DNA of 46,504 bases, the filler included, from Catajapyx aquilonaris (Eukaryota): NCBI GenBank assembly GCA_000934665.2. It is 2 parts of 2 records of this genome, joined end to end, with 100 filler letters (N's around TTAATTAATTAA, not from the genome) between each part and the next. Parts side by side here need not be neighbours in the genome. Positions count along the whole stretch, not along the records: positions 23,386 to 46,504 come from JYFJ02005740.1; 1 more part is not named here. The stretch is one strand, 5' to 3'. Made by a program: the position numbers and the translations under genes. Each line of letters begins with the position of its first letter. The first letter of the stretch is position 1. The notes under the pieces are model-generated. The model had not been told where the DNA came from. It worked only from the letters and a program-made list of their open reading frames with translations, and made no database searches. Positions 34,301 through 45,008 of the stretch are shown one piece after another.

Positions 34301-37300
34301 GTGATGTTTTATTACGTACAGCATTATCACTATTGTAGTGCCTCACAATGAGGCGTAAGAGACACCACAAAATAACCCACGGAAACACACCAGGGGAAAG
34401 GGGAAAACAACCACTGTGGACTCTATTCAGGACAAGAGGTACAACACATCCGTCCAGGAGGACAATAGAACAAGAACTGATCCATTCCAAAACATCAACA
34501 ACGTCAGCATCCTGGCAACCAGGGCAACAGACAACAACCTGGTTGCCAGGACACTACACTATGTGAAAATTATTACTACTAAAATGAATGAATTACACAG
34601 GCATGCGATGAAATTTTTTCTTGAAAGTGAGAGGTGTTTGTTATGTATTTTGTAATGCTGATTTCGGGGAAAATACGCAAAATCTTCTATCACCCACAGT
34701 TTTGAGATATATCGTTTTAAAACTTTGAACGATTTACTAGGGGTCTTTCCGAATCAAGTGGGCCTAAATGTTGCTGGACCGTCTCGGATCTTGGTCAAAA
34801 TAATCGCAGATGTACTCAACTATTCGTTAATGGTGCTTATAAAATTTACGACATATTGCGCAATACCATGACGGGGAAAAAAATCGCAAAAATCTGGAAT
34901 TGACTGAAAATGAGGCCTTTTTGGGAGAATTTTTTTCGGTTAGTGGAAGTGATCAGAACCCAATGAACATATACGAGGGCATATCAAAAAGTTTTGGCCC
35001 TGAGACACTACCAAAAAGCAGAGGAGGATTATTTTATTTTCACTTCTCTACATAGTCCCCTCACACTACCACACACTTGCACCAGCGGTGCTACAGCCTT
35101 CGGATACCATGGAGGAAGAAGTTCTTGTCGACCCCTCCCAACCACTCATCCACAGCCGCCAAAGTGTAGTCCACGAACTCTTTCCTTTGGGCTTTCGTCT
35201 CCAGGTCATAATGTTGAATCCAGCTTTCATCCTGGGTGACATACCGAGCAAGGAAGTCATCAGGGTTTGCGAGGAAGAGGGCAAGGGCAGCCTCGGAAAG
35301 AGTCACACGTGAGCGCTTCTGGTCTGGCGTGGGCACCCATCTCACACAAACCTTGTGGAATCCCAACGTGTCGGTCAGGATGTTGTGGACCGACCCATAT
35401 GAGATGCCCACAGCGGTGGCCAATTCGTGGACAGTGATCCGACAATCTGCCAACATCAGGTCGTGGACTTTCCACTGTTGTCGGCGTTGTTGGGCGCCCA
35501 GAGAGGGGGTTGTCTTCAAGTCACTCTCTTCCCAGTTTGAAGTCGCGAACCCAGTTCTTGACTGTGGTGTATGGTGGAGCATCATCACCCACCGTTTCTA
35601 GCATGTCTTCGTAAATCTCCTTTGCCGACATCCCCTTCTTTATGGGGTACTTGATAACAGAGCGATACTCAATTTTCTCCATTGTCAGCAGCGTCCAACA
35701 CCTTGCTGTCTTCTCGGAGCTGTAACTTTGCAATGAATTATGCAATCGCATTGACACTTGCACCTGGCACTAGTAGTAGATGTGCCTACTATATGTTGGC
35801 AGCACAGTCCAAGGGGATGTGTCCATCTGTCTCAGGGCCAAAACTTTTTGATATGCCCTCGTACATCAAAAGACAGAGAAACACCAGGAGAATGCGTCTC
35901 TGGAATTAGTTTTCCTCTCAAATGCAAAAATTAAAATTTTATAGCATTTCATTGGTCACTTTCTCAGTCACATGCCCAAGAATATAATTATAGTGACCTC
36001 AACAATATTAGTGATGTGTTTGGGTTACATCAGTCATATTTGGTGACACTAGTTATGACTGACACAAGGTTCAGTATGTTAAGTTTGAGGCCTTGGTCAT
36101 GCATGGTTCGCGAGAAAATAATAGATAATAATGTATATTATAATGTATATCACAGGCCTGCGATGAAAGTTTTTTCTTCAAAGTGAGAAGTGTTTCTTAT
36201 ACAGGGTGTAACAAGACCCCATGCAGAAATGTTAAAGGTGGGTAGGGGACCCCAAAACAAACATTTTTGACCAATGAACCCACCCTCTAAAAAAATCACA
36301 AATTCACTTAAATCGATTACTGCGGTTAGTGTCTGTTAGTAACAGTTATGTGATTCCTGTTACTCTACAGGAGCGTTGTCATGGTAGTGTTGACAATTTA
36401 GTACAGTACTAGTAGTAGGCTGTGTGTACAAGTGGCTGGAGGACACTTTGAGCAGCTCCTTCGATTGCAGGTTAGGTCCAATAAAGGTGGTGGTGGTTTC
36501 ATGTCAGCGTTCATTGATTTGTGGTGGTGACGACCTTTTACAGTACTGTACTTAATTGTCAACACTACCATGACAATGCTACTGTAGAGTAGCAACAACC
36601 ACATAACTGTTACTACAGGCACTAACCAGTTATCGATTTAAGGCTGGGTTCACACTAGGCGTTTTTGTCGTCGGCGACTTTGTTGCCGCGTTTTCGTCGC
36701 TGACGCCTCACGAGGTTCACACTAGGCGTTTTCTCCCGCGACAAAAACGCTGCGACAAGTGCGAACGCAGATCACGCTCAGCACACCAGAAGATGCCAGA
36801 GAAGATGGACGTGCTCGAGTTGGTCTGCATTGCTGTCGCTGCGCGCCCCAAGAAAAGAAAAGGAAGGGAGCGAGAACATTGGGCCTTCCTCTTGGCTTCA
36901 CGATCGCCGTATACCTTTTCATCTGTCTTCCAAAGTACTATCCTTTCTTGCACGGAAAGTATCATCCTCTCCGTGTCGAACATCTTGCCGGTATGCTTCC
37001 CCTGATGCAACCCGAGTCCACTTCCCACACTTTTCACGCAACTTTGTCGCCAGGTGTGTCTGCCCCAACTGATTACCATGTGTTCAGTTTTCAGCGACTT
37101 TGTAGCGGCGTTTTTGTAGCGGCAGCAAAAACGCAGCATGCTGCGTTTTGCGACGACCAAGCAGGAAAGAAGTCGTGGTGCGTCATGCCCCATAAGTTTG
37201 CATGTGTTCTGTTTTGAGCGACTTGTCGCGGCGTTTTTGTCGCACGACAAAAACGCCTAGTGTGAACCCAGCCTAAGTGAATTTCATGATTTTTTTAGAG

Positions 37301-39628
37301 GATGGGTTCATTGGTCAAAAATGCTTGTTTTGGGGTCCCCTACCCACCTTTAAAATTTCTGCATGGGGTCTTGTTACACCTTGTATACTTTTTGATGCTG
37401 ATTTTGGGAAATATACGAAAAAACTTCTGTCACCTACAGTTTCGACACAAATCGAGAATTTCTGTCTGGTTGCCTACATATACTGGGTGCGCTGTTATAA
37501 AAATGTGTCAAACCAATATTTAGCTTAGAAAATAGGTATTTCAGGTCAATGACAATAAATTGAAACACAGAGAGTAGAAAAATGTTCAAATGTTAAAATT
37601 TCATTTATAACCTCTAATGTGGCAACACCTGAACCACGCGGCAGGGTGGGTGCATAGAAAACTTTTTTTTCCAGGAGTATGTGTAAGTACCTACTCATGC
37701 CATCTAGTTCATCTTGAAGGAGATGGCCGTGGCTTTGTAACCTATTTTTTTCTCACACCTACTCATCCCCCACCAAGGCCTGAACCAAAAAGCTTTTTTA
37801 CTCTGCTATACTCTTCTGTGTGATTTCCCTGAATCTTTATCCTCACTTTGTGGAAAAACATGACGTGATAGAGGAAAAAGCTCGGCATTTCTGAACTCAG
37901 CGTATCGAAATACATTAGAAACACATAAAACTGTGCAGAAAAAAAAGTATTATTTCGCAGGCCTGTGTTACACCATTTTCTATGGTGCGGATACAGCCCA
38001 GGACACTTCTATTGCCTGACACATCGCATAAGATCTATCGTTAAGTTCTCTCACAGCAACATTTTCAATTAAAAGTGCAAGGCTGCAAGAAGGGAAGCAT
38101 AACTATACCAGGATATTTCATACATTGGGATTGGATTTTATTATTTGAGTAACGAGGTTTCTCAGACAAATTGATACCACTACATAAAGAGATCTTCTGA
38201 TTGCCAATGAGATCTGCTACCAGCGAGCTATGGAGCAAAACAAAGGGCTGAATGAATTTATTGCCCTGATCCTTTGTAATGCTTAGGGAGTTCCCCTCTC
38301 AGAGCAGGCTGAATATGGGAGTGGTCACACTCCATGCCCTGTGAAACAGATGAACTTGCATATTCTCACAGGGCAGTGCCAGTGAAACAGATTCAGCCCA
38401 GGTGGTGAGTAACAAGTAGGGGAGGGGCCGAGGGGGGTATCTCATTTTCGAAATTCAAAACAAGTGCAATTATTACAGGATAAATATATTAGTAAGAGCA
38501 ATATTACCAAAAATGATTTTCATGTATTTGCGAGAAAGTGCGAATACAGAACTGTGTTTCGAATTTTTCGATATGAATTCGTCCATTAACTGTTCATCAA
38601 GTTTGCTGACCTCTTCGGAATAAATATGCCACATTGTTATGTCGTTCAATCGATTTTGGGACATCATCATTCGAAGATAATGTTTCAGACGCTCCCTGAT
38701 TTCGGGTGGGGAATTTCCCCATGCGGAATCATTCGGGTGGGGAGTGCTCCAAACCCACACCAGGTCTTTCACCGGCACTACTCACAGCCCTGTAGGCCTG
38801 TACTCGAACATTTTCACCATAACATTATTTTAATACAGTACCACACATGCATTCCAAAAAACTAGACAAGGATCAAAATTATGGAAATATACCTCGGGTA
38901 TTGCGGCATGCTGGCCACCCCCGGGGCGAGTGAAACATTTTCTCGTGGCCCTAAAATCATGAGACATTCTATTTCCATCTTCCCGTTACTGCTTCTCATC
39001 CACAAAAACTCTGTCAATTAACTCTTAAACCGCTGCGGCGTTGCCGCTACTGCAACACCGCTTGACTTAATCATAATATTTTAAAAATTTAATATCTCAC
39101 CAAGGCGATGTGTTAGCCCAATGCCGCGTATATCATTCGAACTGCGCTGAATCACTGCTCCTGCCAGATCTACTGCGCAGCTCCCATAGTCTAGGCCGTG
39201 CGTAGCATAATAGCTATAACTAATAATATAATAATAACTAATAAAAATAAAAATAAAGATATAATAATAACAAATAATAATAATAATAATAATATGGGGA
39301 AGGCGCGGTGGCCGAGATGGTAACGTCTCGGCTTGCTGAGCGGAAGGTGCCGGGTTCGATCCCTGCCCGGGATTTCTCTTCCGCCTGCGTCAGTGGGTCT
39401 CTGCCCGCGACTAATAAGGCGTATTGGCAACCTAGCCTTCTGGGGGACTGCAAGATCCATTTCCGACATTGTACTTGCACCTGTGTCCCCTCCCCAAAAA
39501 TCCCTATCCTTACCCCATGTCCTTTCATCCTTTCACCGGAGTTAGAAGAATAATTAGAAAAATTTAAGGAAAAATGGTGGTATTCCACCCCCCTATAAGG
39601 GCCTCTGGCCCTATCACGGGGTAACGTA

Positions 39629-39671
<43 letters not shown>

Positions 39672-41418
39672 GGGGTTAGTGAGGGCGACATGGTGGCCGA
39701 GTGGTTAGCACCACAGCCTTCCACCTCTAAGGTCCCGAGTTCGATCCCCGGGTCGCGCGAGGATACTTATGTGGATAGAGTTTCGATGGGTTCTCGCCGT
39801 GTTCGCGTGGGTTTTCTCGGGGTTCTCCCGTTTCCTCCCACAATCAAAATCCATCACAGTGCAGGAAATGATTAAAGTCGGTTAAATAAAAGATGATCCA
39901 CTAAGAGGCCCAAGGAGGCCTATCACGGGGTATCCATTATAATAGGGGTTAGTGCACCACCCATGATGGGCATCTGGCACGGTACCTTTATTTGCTTTAG
40001 GTGTACAAGCGAATACATTTTTGGTCCTTTTCCTTAACACCCAGGTACCGCGAGCGAAGGGGGATGAGTACGAGGGGATGTGCAAGGTGCATTGCAATGT
40101 CTCAATAGTAGTCATTTCGTGAACTCCCCCGGGTGGTTTGTCTTAACGGAAATACCACCAGCAACGAAGCCAGAAATGGCCCAACTCTGCACGAGATGAA
40201 GGGGGGAACCCCGAGCTGGGATCAAACCCAGGACCTTAACATCCGTGGGCCCATATGTTACTGCAGTGCCACTCCACCTCCCTTATAATAGCTATATAAC
40301 TATTTCTACGCATCTACTCGCGGGTCAGAAAAAATGTAGCGGTGAAATTTACGGGTGCAAAGACCGATTATATGCAAAATATCGCTTAGAATCCGATCTA
40401 AATCATTTCTAAAGTCTCAGAATTGAGCTAGAATTTATACAATCTCTATCACCGCGCATAGAGCTCTTTCCAATATGGCTGCCGGAAGATGACGTCATTC
40501 GAAAAAGTCCGATCATGGCCTTAGGATACTTAGGTCTTGTCACTCCCTCTTATCGCCTGACGGGGCATTTTGCAGAAGGTGCTCACTTGAGAGCACCTGT
40601 CTCGGATACAAATACATGTGGTGACCCTACCGGATCGCGCTGCACTTAGGGCCGATTTCTCGAACAGTGGTTCAAGTCAGTTTGAACTGAGTTTGCGCTA
40701 CACGCTGGATGCAGTTTAAACTCCCCTTCCGAGTGTGCGTATTTCTCGAGCTTAAACAAACCCTCGGTTACTATGTGAACGACAAGCCTCGGTTAGAATT
40801 GCGCCGTTGCCACATGTCGCGTCCTCCCCATTTCCCCGAACCGGTCTGAGCTTCAGCGCGAGTCTTTACCGGCTTGTAAACAAACTCTAGTCAGCAAGTC
40901 TAGAAGTTTCAGTGAGGGACATCGCATTTGAAAGTGACATTTTTTGACTAGTTGCCGACGTTACGCCGCAAAATGAATTTTTTATGACACTTCTCGAGGC
41001 CCAAAAATTCACGCTGTGGACCCTGGATAGTGCAAATCTTTGTCTTTCTAATGATATATTTGAAACTCGGAAATCGCCATTTGTGTAATCATAATTAAGT
41101 TAATTGCACACCTCTGTTATCTCGGCCGTTTATAATCCGAATTACTTCGCGAATGTATCGACCGCAAGCCAGAAATGTGCGTGATAAAATTACATATTGC
41201 TACACTACAAATTTTAAACGTATTTAAAAGTATCGCCGTCTATTCACGCCAGAAATCGGAGTACTTGTCTATTAAACTTACTAAAACAATACTTTTGAAA
41301 ATTTTAGTGTAATAGAGCACAATGTAATTTTATCACGCACATTTCTGGCTTTCCGTCGATACATTCGCGAAGTAATTCGGATGAGAAACGGCCGAGATAA
41401 CTGAGGTGTGCAATTAAC

Positions 41419-41477
<59 letters not shown>

Positions 41478-43388
41478 TGATTGGGTATTCGGCTAGCCCC
41501 AGCGGGGCCTTCTGCCAGACCTTTATTATGATGGTATACAATTTTTGGGAATCCTATTTTTGAAGCGCCCGGGCCCACGGGCAGGATGACAGGAGGGGAT
41601 GTGCAAAGTGCAGTGAATCTGACGCTGTGGCCATTTTTAGTGAACTCCCCCGGGTGGTTTAGTCTGTAGGAAATACCACCCGAGACGAAGCCAGAGGTGA
41701 CCCTGACCTCTGCACGAGATGAAGGGGGTGTCCCCGGGCTGGGATCGAACCCGGGACCTTAACATCCGTGGGCGCACACGTTACCGCGGCGCCACTCCGT
41801 CTCCCCGCAATTAACTTAATTATGATTACACATAGTTGCGATTTCTAAGTTTCAAGTATATCATTAGAAAGACAAAGATTTGCACTATCTATGGTTCACG
41901 GGGAATTTTTTGGCCTCCGAAAAGTGCCATAAAAACTCATTTTGCGGTGCAACGTCGGCAACTAGTCAAAAAATGACACCTTTCATTGTTGTTCCCGGCA
42001 TTCCAAACCCGGTTTATTTCAGATAACGGCTGGCAATCGGGCCGTCAGATGTGAACCGAGTTTAAACCGTATCCATGGTTTGTTTTTGCCTCTAGAAATG
42101 GAAATTTCTCTGAACTGGGTTCAAACCGGACTTGAACCTTGTTTACAATTGAACCACTGTTCGAGAAATCGGCTCTTAGGTAGAAGGGAAGCGTCTGTCA
42201 AAATCTCATACAAGTATTACTCGGATTACTCGTATGAGATTCTTAATTTTGACCGACACTTCTCTTCTACCTAAGTTCAGCACAATCCAATAGGGTCGCC
42301 ACATGTATTTGTATCAGAGACAGGCACTCTCAAGTGAGCACCTCCCGCAAAACGCCCGTCAGGTGATAAGAACTGATTATAGGGGGAGTGTCTGGGAGCT
42401 GAGTCCGACAAAGCACTTGAGCATGTGTTTTTTGTGTTGAATTCTGCGTTTTTTGCTTGTGAATATGCCGAAAACCACATTCATTTATGATTATAATTTT
42501 TTTTGCAAAAAAATCCCAAAATTTTTGTCCGGAATTGTCCGTGGAGGACGGACACAGCGGGGAGAGAGTTAAGGCAGGGGCCATTTTTTACGGTCAGACA
42601 AGCACTAGGGGCGGCCCCAAGTCAGGTGACAAATTCCATTCCATTCAGGCAGCAGTAATTTGGCAATTCCACTTGTCAATAGTTTGGTGGTGGTTTCAAC
42701 TTTGGACACTGTAATCAACAGAATACATAGGCAAGTAAGATGAACCATTGTTTGGAATCTTGAGATTGTCCATGTCACGTTCGAATAGCCATTCCTGGAC
42801 ATCTTTGGTTCAGAACTTTGCTGATCTGAGGTGGCATTGGTGCAACACTGTCATGGGGAACTTGGGGTTTCCATTTTGCCCATGCTTTCAAAACCAGAGA
42901 TTCAAACATGAAATGGTGCAATTAGCTCTTAATAGTTCGTAAATGTGATTAAGAGTTTCTTCAAATTAGTAATGAGATAAAGACTTGAGAAAACTCTGCA
43001 GAAGTACTAACTTGGGAGTTGGCAGGTGAGTGTCTGCATGATATCGCAGAGAATCTTCAGTCTTGAATTTTTTACCGCATTCTGAGCACTGATGTGGAAA
43101 GTTGTTTTCGTGTGTAAGCTGGTGCCTCCGGCAGTGAAAGGCATCAGGGAATGTCTTGTTGCAGGTATTGCAGGTGTAGAAGAGTTTATGTGGATCCTTT
43201 CTACACCTATTCTGTCGCTTAGCCATTTTCTTCTCAATGCTGCCAACCAATTCTTGTGCTTTCACATCCAGTACATGTGCAAACTTTTGCTGGGTCAACT
43301 TGCAATGGGAGAGGAAAGCATGCCAACCACTCACTGTCTTCAGGCATGTGTTGCATGCTCGCTTTGGGAGGTTGCCATCCTCTTGCAC
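28035..43388 (-). CDS. ZAD (zf-AD) C2H2 zinc-finger transcription factor, 5'-partial, 8 fingers; exons 43388-43012, 32108-31679, 28370-28035
   Basis: Exon 1 VQEDGNLPKRACNTCLKTVSGWHAFLSHCKLTQQKF is the second half of a ZAD, followed by 2 fingers; exon 2 has 5 fingers with a TGEKPF linker; exon 3 has 1 finger and the stop. Phases join (PK|YCCEFC; PFK|CNEC). The first ZAD half was not found and probably lies beyond 46504. Confidence 0.87.
28797..29591. mobile_element. Long palindromic piggyBac-like MITE
   Basis: CCCCTTC..TACCAGATAGGCCC termini; arms of more than 300 bp; TTAA on the right, TTCA on the left. Confidence 0.8.
29602..30918. mobile_element. Non-autonomous DNA transposon with ATAT target duplication
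   Basis: ATAT-CCTCCTGAGACC...GGTCTCAGGAGG-ATAT (29598-29601, 30919-30922). Confidence 0.75.
30047..30453. mobile_element. Kolobok-like MITE nested in 29602-30918
   Basis: TTAA-AGGGACACT(G/C)CACTCAAAAAACA...; TIRs of about 115 bp; right flank TTCA; purine-purine termini with TTAA fit Kolobok. Confidence 0.75.
31010..31085. repeat. Dispersed repeat (second copy at 38850-38925)
   Basis: CATTCCAAAAAA..GACAAGGATCAAAATTATGGAAAT.TACCTCGGGTATTG.GGCATGCTGGCCACCCCC at both sites. Confidence 0.75.
31679..32108 (-). CDS. ZAD-ZNF exon: 5 C2H2 fingers
   Basis: CEFC, CSEC, CSIC, CNVC and CRIC fingers with HxxxH; acceptor ttgcag, donor gtgag. Confidence 0.92.
32393..33616. mobile_element. piggyBac-like non-autonomous element containing a SINE
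   Basis: TTAA-CCGTATGTCTCCCG ... CGGCAAACATAGGG-TTAA (diverged TIR). Confidence 0.55.
32521..32850 (+). mobile_element. tRNA-derived SINE, family 3
   Basis: A box TGGTCTGGTGG, B box GGTTCAAATCC; tail (AAT)n(ATT)n(GAT)n; 15-bp TSD CTCTTCTAGTTTCTA at 32506 / 32851. Confidence 0.88.
33667..33931 (-). mobile_element. tRNA-derived SINE, family 2
   Basis: Head GGGCGACACGGTGGCCGAGTGGTTAG...GAGTTCGATCCC; 14-bp TSD TGGCCTTATCAATC at 33653 / 33932; near-identical to 39682-39940. Confidence 0.9.
34188..34290. repeat. Dispersed repeat (second copy at 25033-25145)
   Basis: AAAGCGGCATGC.GGTGT.GTCGAGGTCG.CCAGTTTTTAGAAAT...GATCTGGTGGCTATACCAGCAT at both sites. Confidence 0.7.
34974..35861 (-). mobile_element. 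Defective mariner transposon (irritans/Himar-like), 888 bp
   Basis: Perfect 34-bp TIR CGAGGGCATATCAAAAAGTTTTGGCCCTGAGACA; TA TSD; transposase remnant inside. Confidence 0.95.
35040..35682 (-). pseudogene. Mariner transposase pseudogene (stops, frameshift, internal deletion)
   Basis: MEKIEYRSVIKY...VKNWVRDFKLGRE*; HTH DCRITVHELATAVGISYGSV; RWVP; VTQDESW (first catalytic D); then jumps to the C-terminal FFLHGIRRL*HRWCKCV..GDYVEK*. Confidence 0.92.
36202..37383. mobile_element. Tc1/mariner-type fold-back MITE
   Basis: TA TSD; TIR CA(G/A)GGTGTAACAAGACCCCATGCAGAAAT.TTAAAGGTGGGTAGGGGACCCCAAAACAA; palindrome continues across 36310-36640. Confidence 0.85.
36642..37273. mobile_element. Internally deleted PIF/Harbinger transposon with MADF and transposase-start remnants
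   Basis: TIR GGCTGGGTTCACACTAGGCGTTTTTGTCGT; TAA TSD 36639-36641 / 37274-37276; minus strand from ATG 36983 reads MFDTERMILSVQERIVLWKTDEKVYGDREAKRKA (MADF-like). Confidence 0.88.
38374..38780 (-). mobile_element. Deleted hAT transposon retaining part of the C-terminal dimerisation region
   Basis: RLKHYLRMMMSQNRLNDITMWHI...LMDEFISKN (hATC-like); TIR (C/T)AGTGCC(A/G)GTGAAA; near-TSD CTCACAGG / CTCACAGC. Confidence 0.78.
39296..39667 (+). mobile_element. tRNA-derived SINE, family 4
   Basis: A box TGGCCGAGATGG, B box GGTTCGATCCC; tail CCTATCACGGGGTA + (AAT)n. Confidence 0.85.
39682..39940 (+). mobile_element. tRNA-derived SINE, family 2
   Basis: Near-identical to 33667-33931; 14-bp TSD AATAGGGGTTAGTG at 39668 / 39941. 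Confidence 0.9.
40930..41984. mobile_element. Fully palindromic fold-back element, interrupted by a SINE
   Basis: 40930-41215 mirrors 41300-41423 plus 41821-41984; another arm at 27055-27240. Confidence 0.8.
41424..41806 (-). mobile_element. tRNA-derived SINE, family 1
   Basis: 14-bp TSD GCAATTAACTTAAT at 41410 / 41807; (ATT)n tail; B box GGTTCGATCCC. Confidence 0.9.
43012..43388 (-). CDS. ZAD-ZNF exon: ZAD C-terminal half and 2 C2H2 fingers
   Basis: LPKRACNTC; YTCNTCNKTF...HQLTH; HQCSECGKKF...HADTH; AG and GT borders. Confidence 0.88.
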
Positions 43389-44080
43389 CTGAAAGTTAGT
43401 CAGTAAGAAGTCATTGTGCTCGGAATCGTGGACTGCTCCCAAGTGCATCAATAAACCATTGCCTTCAACAAGATAATGTAAATCACTATAGTCCCCGGCA
43501 GGTTAACTTGGCAGTCCGCTCTCCCAACACTCCCAGCCAATGGCGTGCCTGGATTGGGATGGGGGGGGAATGGAGGAGTCGAGGTGAAGTGGGTATGAGT
43601 GACATTCACAGGAACATCCACAGGATCAGTCGCTGGATGCTTGAAATACATGTGTAATATTGTCATTAAAGGTTTGCTTTAAGACGCTTTAAGATGTGTG
43701 TGGCAACAATTCGCGCTATCAATATTTCCAATTTTAACTGTCATCACAGTAGGGCTTAAGAGGTCTGAGTGGTGGAGGGATGTGACGTAGGAGGCAGCGG
43801 GAGGTGGTAGTAGTGTCGGTGGGGGCACGAGGGGGCATTGCCAGAAAACCCAACCCTCCCAGGTTAGGGGGAAATCTACTATAGTTCATATCCAGCCCAA
43901 CAAAGTTCAATACTAGGCCTATAAATGAATTTTTTGACGAGCCCAGGCACAGGTTTCAATTCAGTGTACTCTTTCATATCTTAGAATAATTCCTAGTTTA
44001 ACAAATACATACTAGACCTGGTATGACAAACACTAAACCCATTCAAATTGGCATCGATCTGAAGTACTGTATAACTGTAT

Positions 44081-44507
44081 CTAATTGCTGCTGTGGACTT
44101 AGATGCCTGGACCTGAGGCTGATTCTGATGCTGGGGCGTTGCAGTGGAAAGGAAGAAGCGGACGAGGATGCTGACTAACCGGAGCGGTGCAGCGCTGACC
44201 TGAGGCGAGAGCTGGTGGACTAACGATTGACGGCTTGGCGGTTGGACGAGGATGATGATGGTGACTTGATTACTGGATGATTGGTGATGTGATCGGATGT
44301 CTGAACGATTAATAGTGTGTTGACTGGATGATTGGTGGCCAGATTGTTTGATAACTGGAGGTTCGTGGACTGGTTGACTGGAAGCTCGACGCTTTATTAT
44401 CAGTGTTTTAAAATTTATTGTTGTAGTTGATTTTGTGTATTGTTCTAGTAGTTTAGTGTAAGGGCTTGGGAACCTTAACGGTTGGAAAGTCCAATAAACA
44501 CCTTAAA
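44081..44507 (+). mobile_element. Probable 5'-truncated non-LTR retrotransposon 3' end
   Basis: 13-bp direct repeat TGTATAACTGTAT at 44068 and 44508; insert ends GGGCTTGGGAACCTTAACGGTTGGAAAGTCCAATAAAC (stem-loop plus AATAAA). Confidence 0.6.
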
Positions 44508-44581
44508 TGTATAACTGTATATTGTATAACTATACATGGTGAAGGGAAACTCGCAGATAATAGCCAGGTAGACTGATAGTA

Positions 44582-44908
44582 CTCGTAAAACTAATATCAG
44601 GATGTGCAATTAGTTTTGGGTGCCTGTGCGTAGTTAAGGCGTATGGCGACGTCAAAGTTTCGTGACGTCACATCCGTTCTGCCAGCTTCAAGGAAACAAA
44701 AGCCAGTTCGAGGGCCTCCGAATAATCTGGACTTGTGCAATTGGTGATCCAATCCCGCCAGAGTAAGAATCTGGGTGCGACACCCGTGCACTTTGTCATT
44801 TTTACCTCATATTGTACCATCCGGCCATCTACACTTTAAAGGTGCCGTACGTATTACTACGCAACGGAGCCAAAAAGTAATTGCACATCCCTATATTAGT
44901 TTTGCGAG
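44582..44908. mobile_element. Tc1/mariner-type MITE
   Basis: TA TSD; TIR CTCG(T/C)AAAACTAATAT..GGATGTGCAATTA.TTTTGG. Confidence 0.8.
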
Positions 44909-45008
44909 TACTACCAGTCTATCTGGCACTTATCCAGGAGTTTCCCTTCCCTCTGTATCAGTTAAGGGGGGGAAAATGACCAAATGTTTTTCATTATACT
45001 ACACTATA

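Larger units (their letters stand above)
36151..37967. mobile_element. CACAGGCCTGCG-ended (Transib-like termini) non-autonomous element hosting two nested insertions
   Basis: CACAGGCCTGCGA ... TCGCAGGCCTGTG; removing 36202-37385 restores sequence matching 34596-34710; related ends at 45440-45536 and about 21333-21344; TSD not resolved. Confidence 0.65.
39221..40284 (-). mobile_element. SINE family 1 with two other SINEs inserted in its (ATT)n tail
   Basis: Head at 40283 homologous to 8783; flanking ATAATAGCTATA at 39207 and 40285. Confidence 0.75.
40649..42175. mobile_element. PIF/Harbinger-type MITE
   Basis: TTA TSD 40646-40648 / 42176-42178; TIR G(G/A)GCCGATTTCTCGAACAGTGGTTCAA. Confidence 0.85.
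39022..42568. mobile_element. TTAA-flanked piggyBac-like element hosting a multi-level nest
   Basis: TTAA-CTCTTAAACCGCTG ... CAGCGGGGAGAGAG-TTAA; internal palindrome 40550-40648 / 42176-42371. Confidence 0.6.

Noticed and set aside
39682..39760. tRNA-like sequences (also at 8783, 32521, 33931, 39296, 41806)
   Set aside because: Only the A/B boxes are conserved; they continue into SINE bodies with microsatellite tails and TSDs, so they are not tRNA genes
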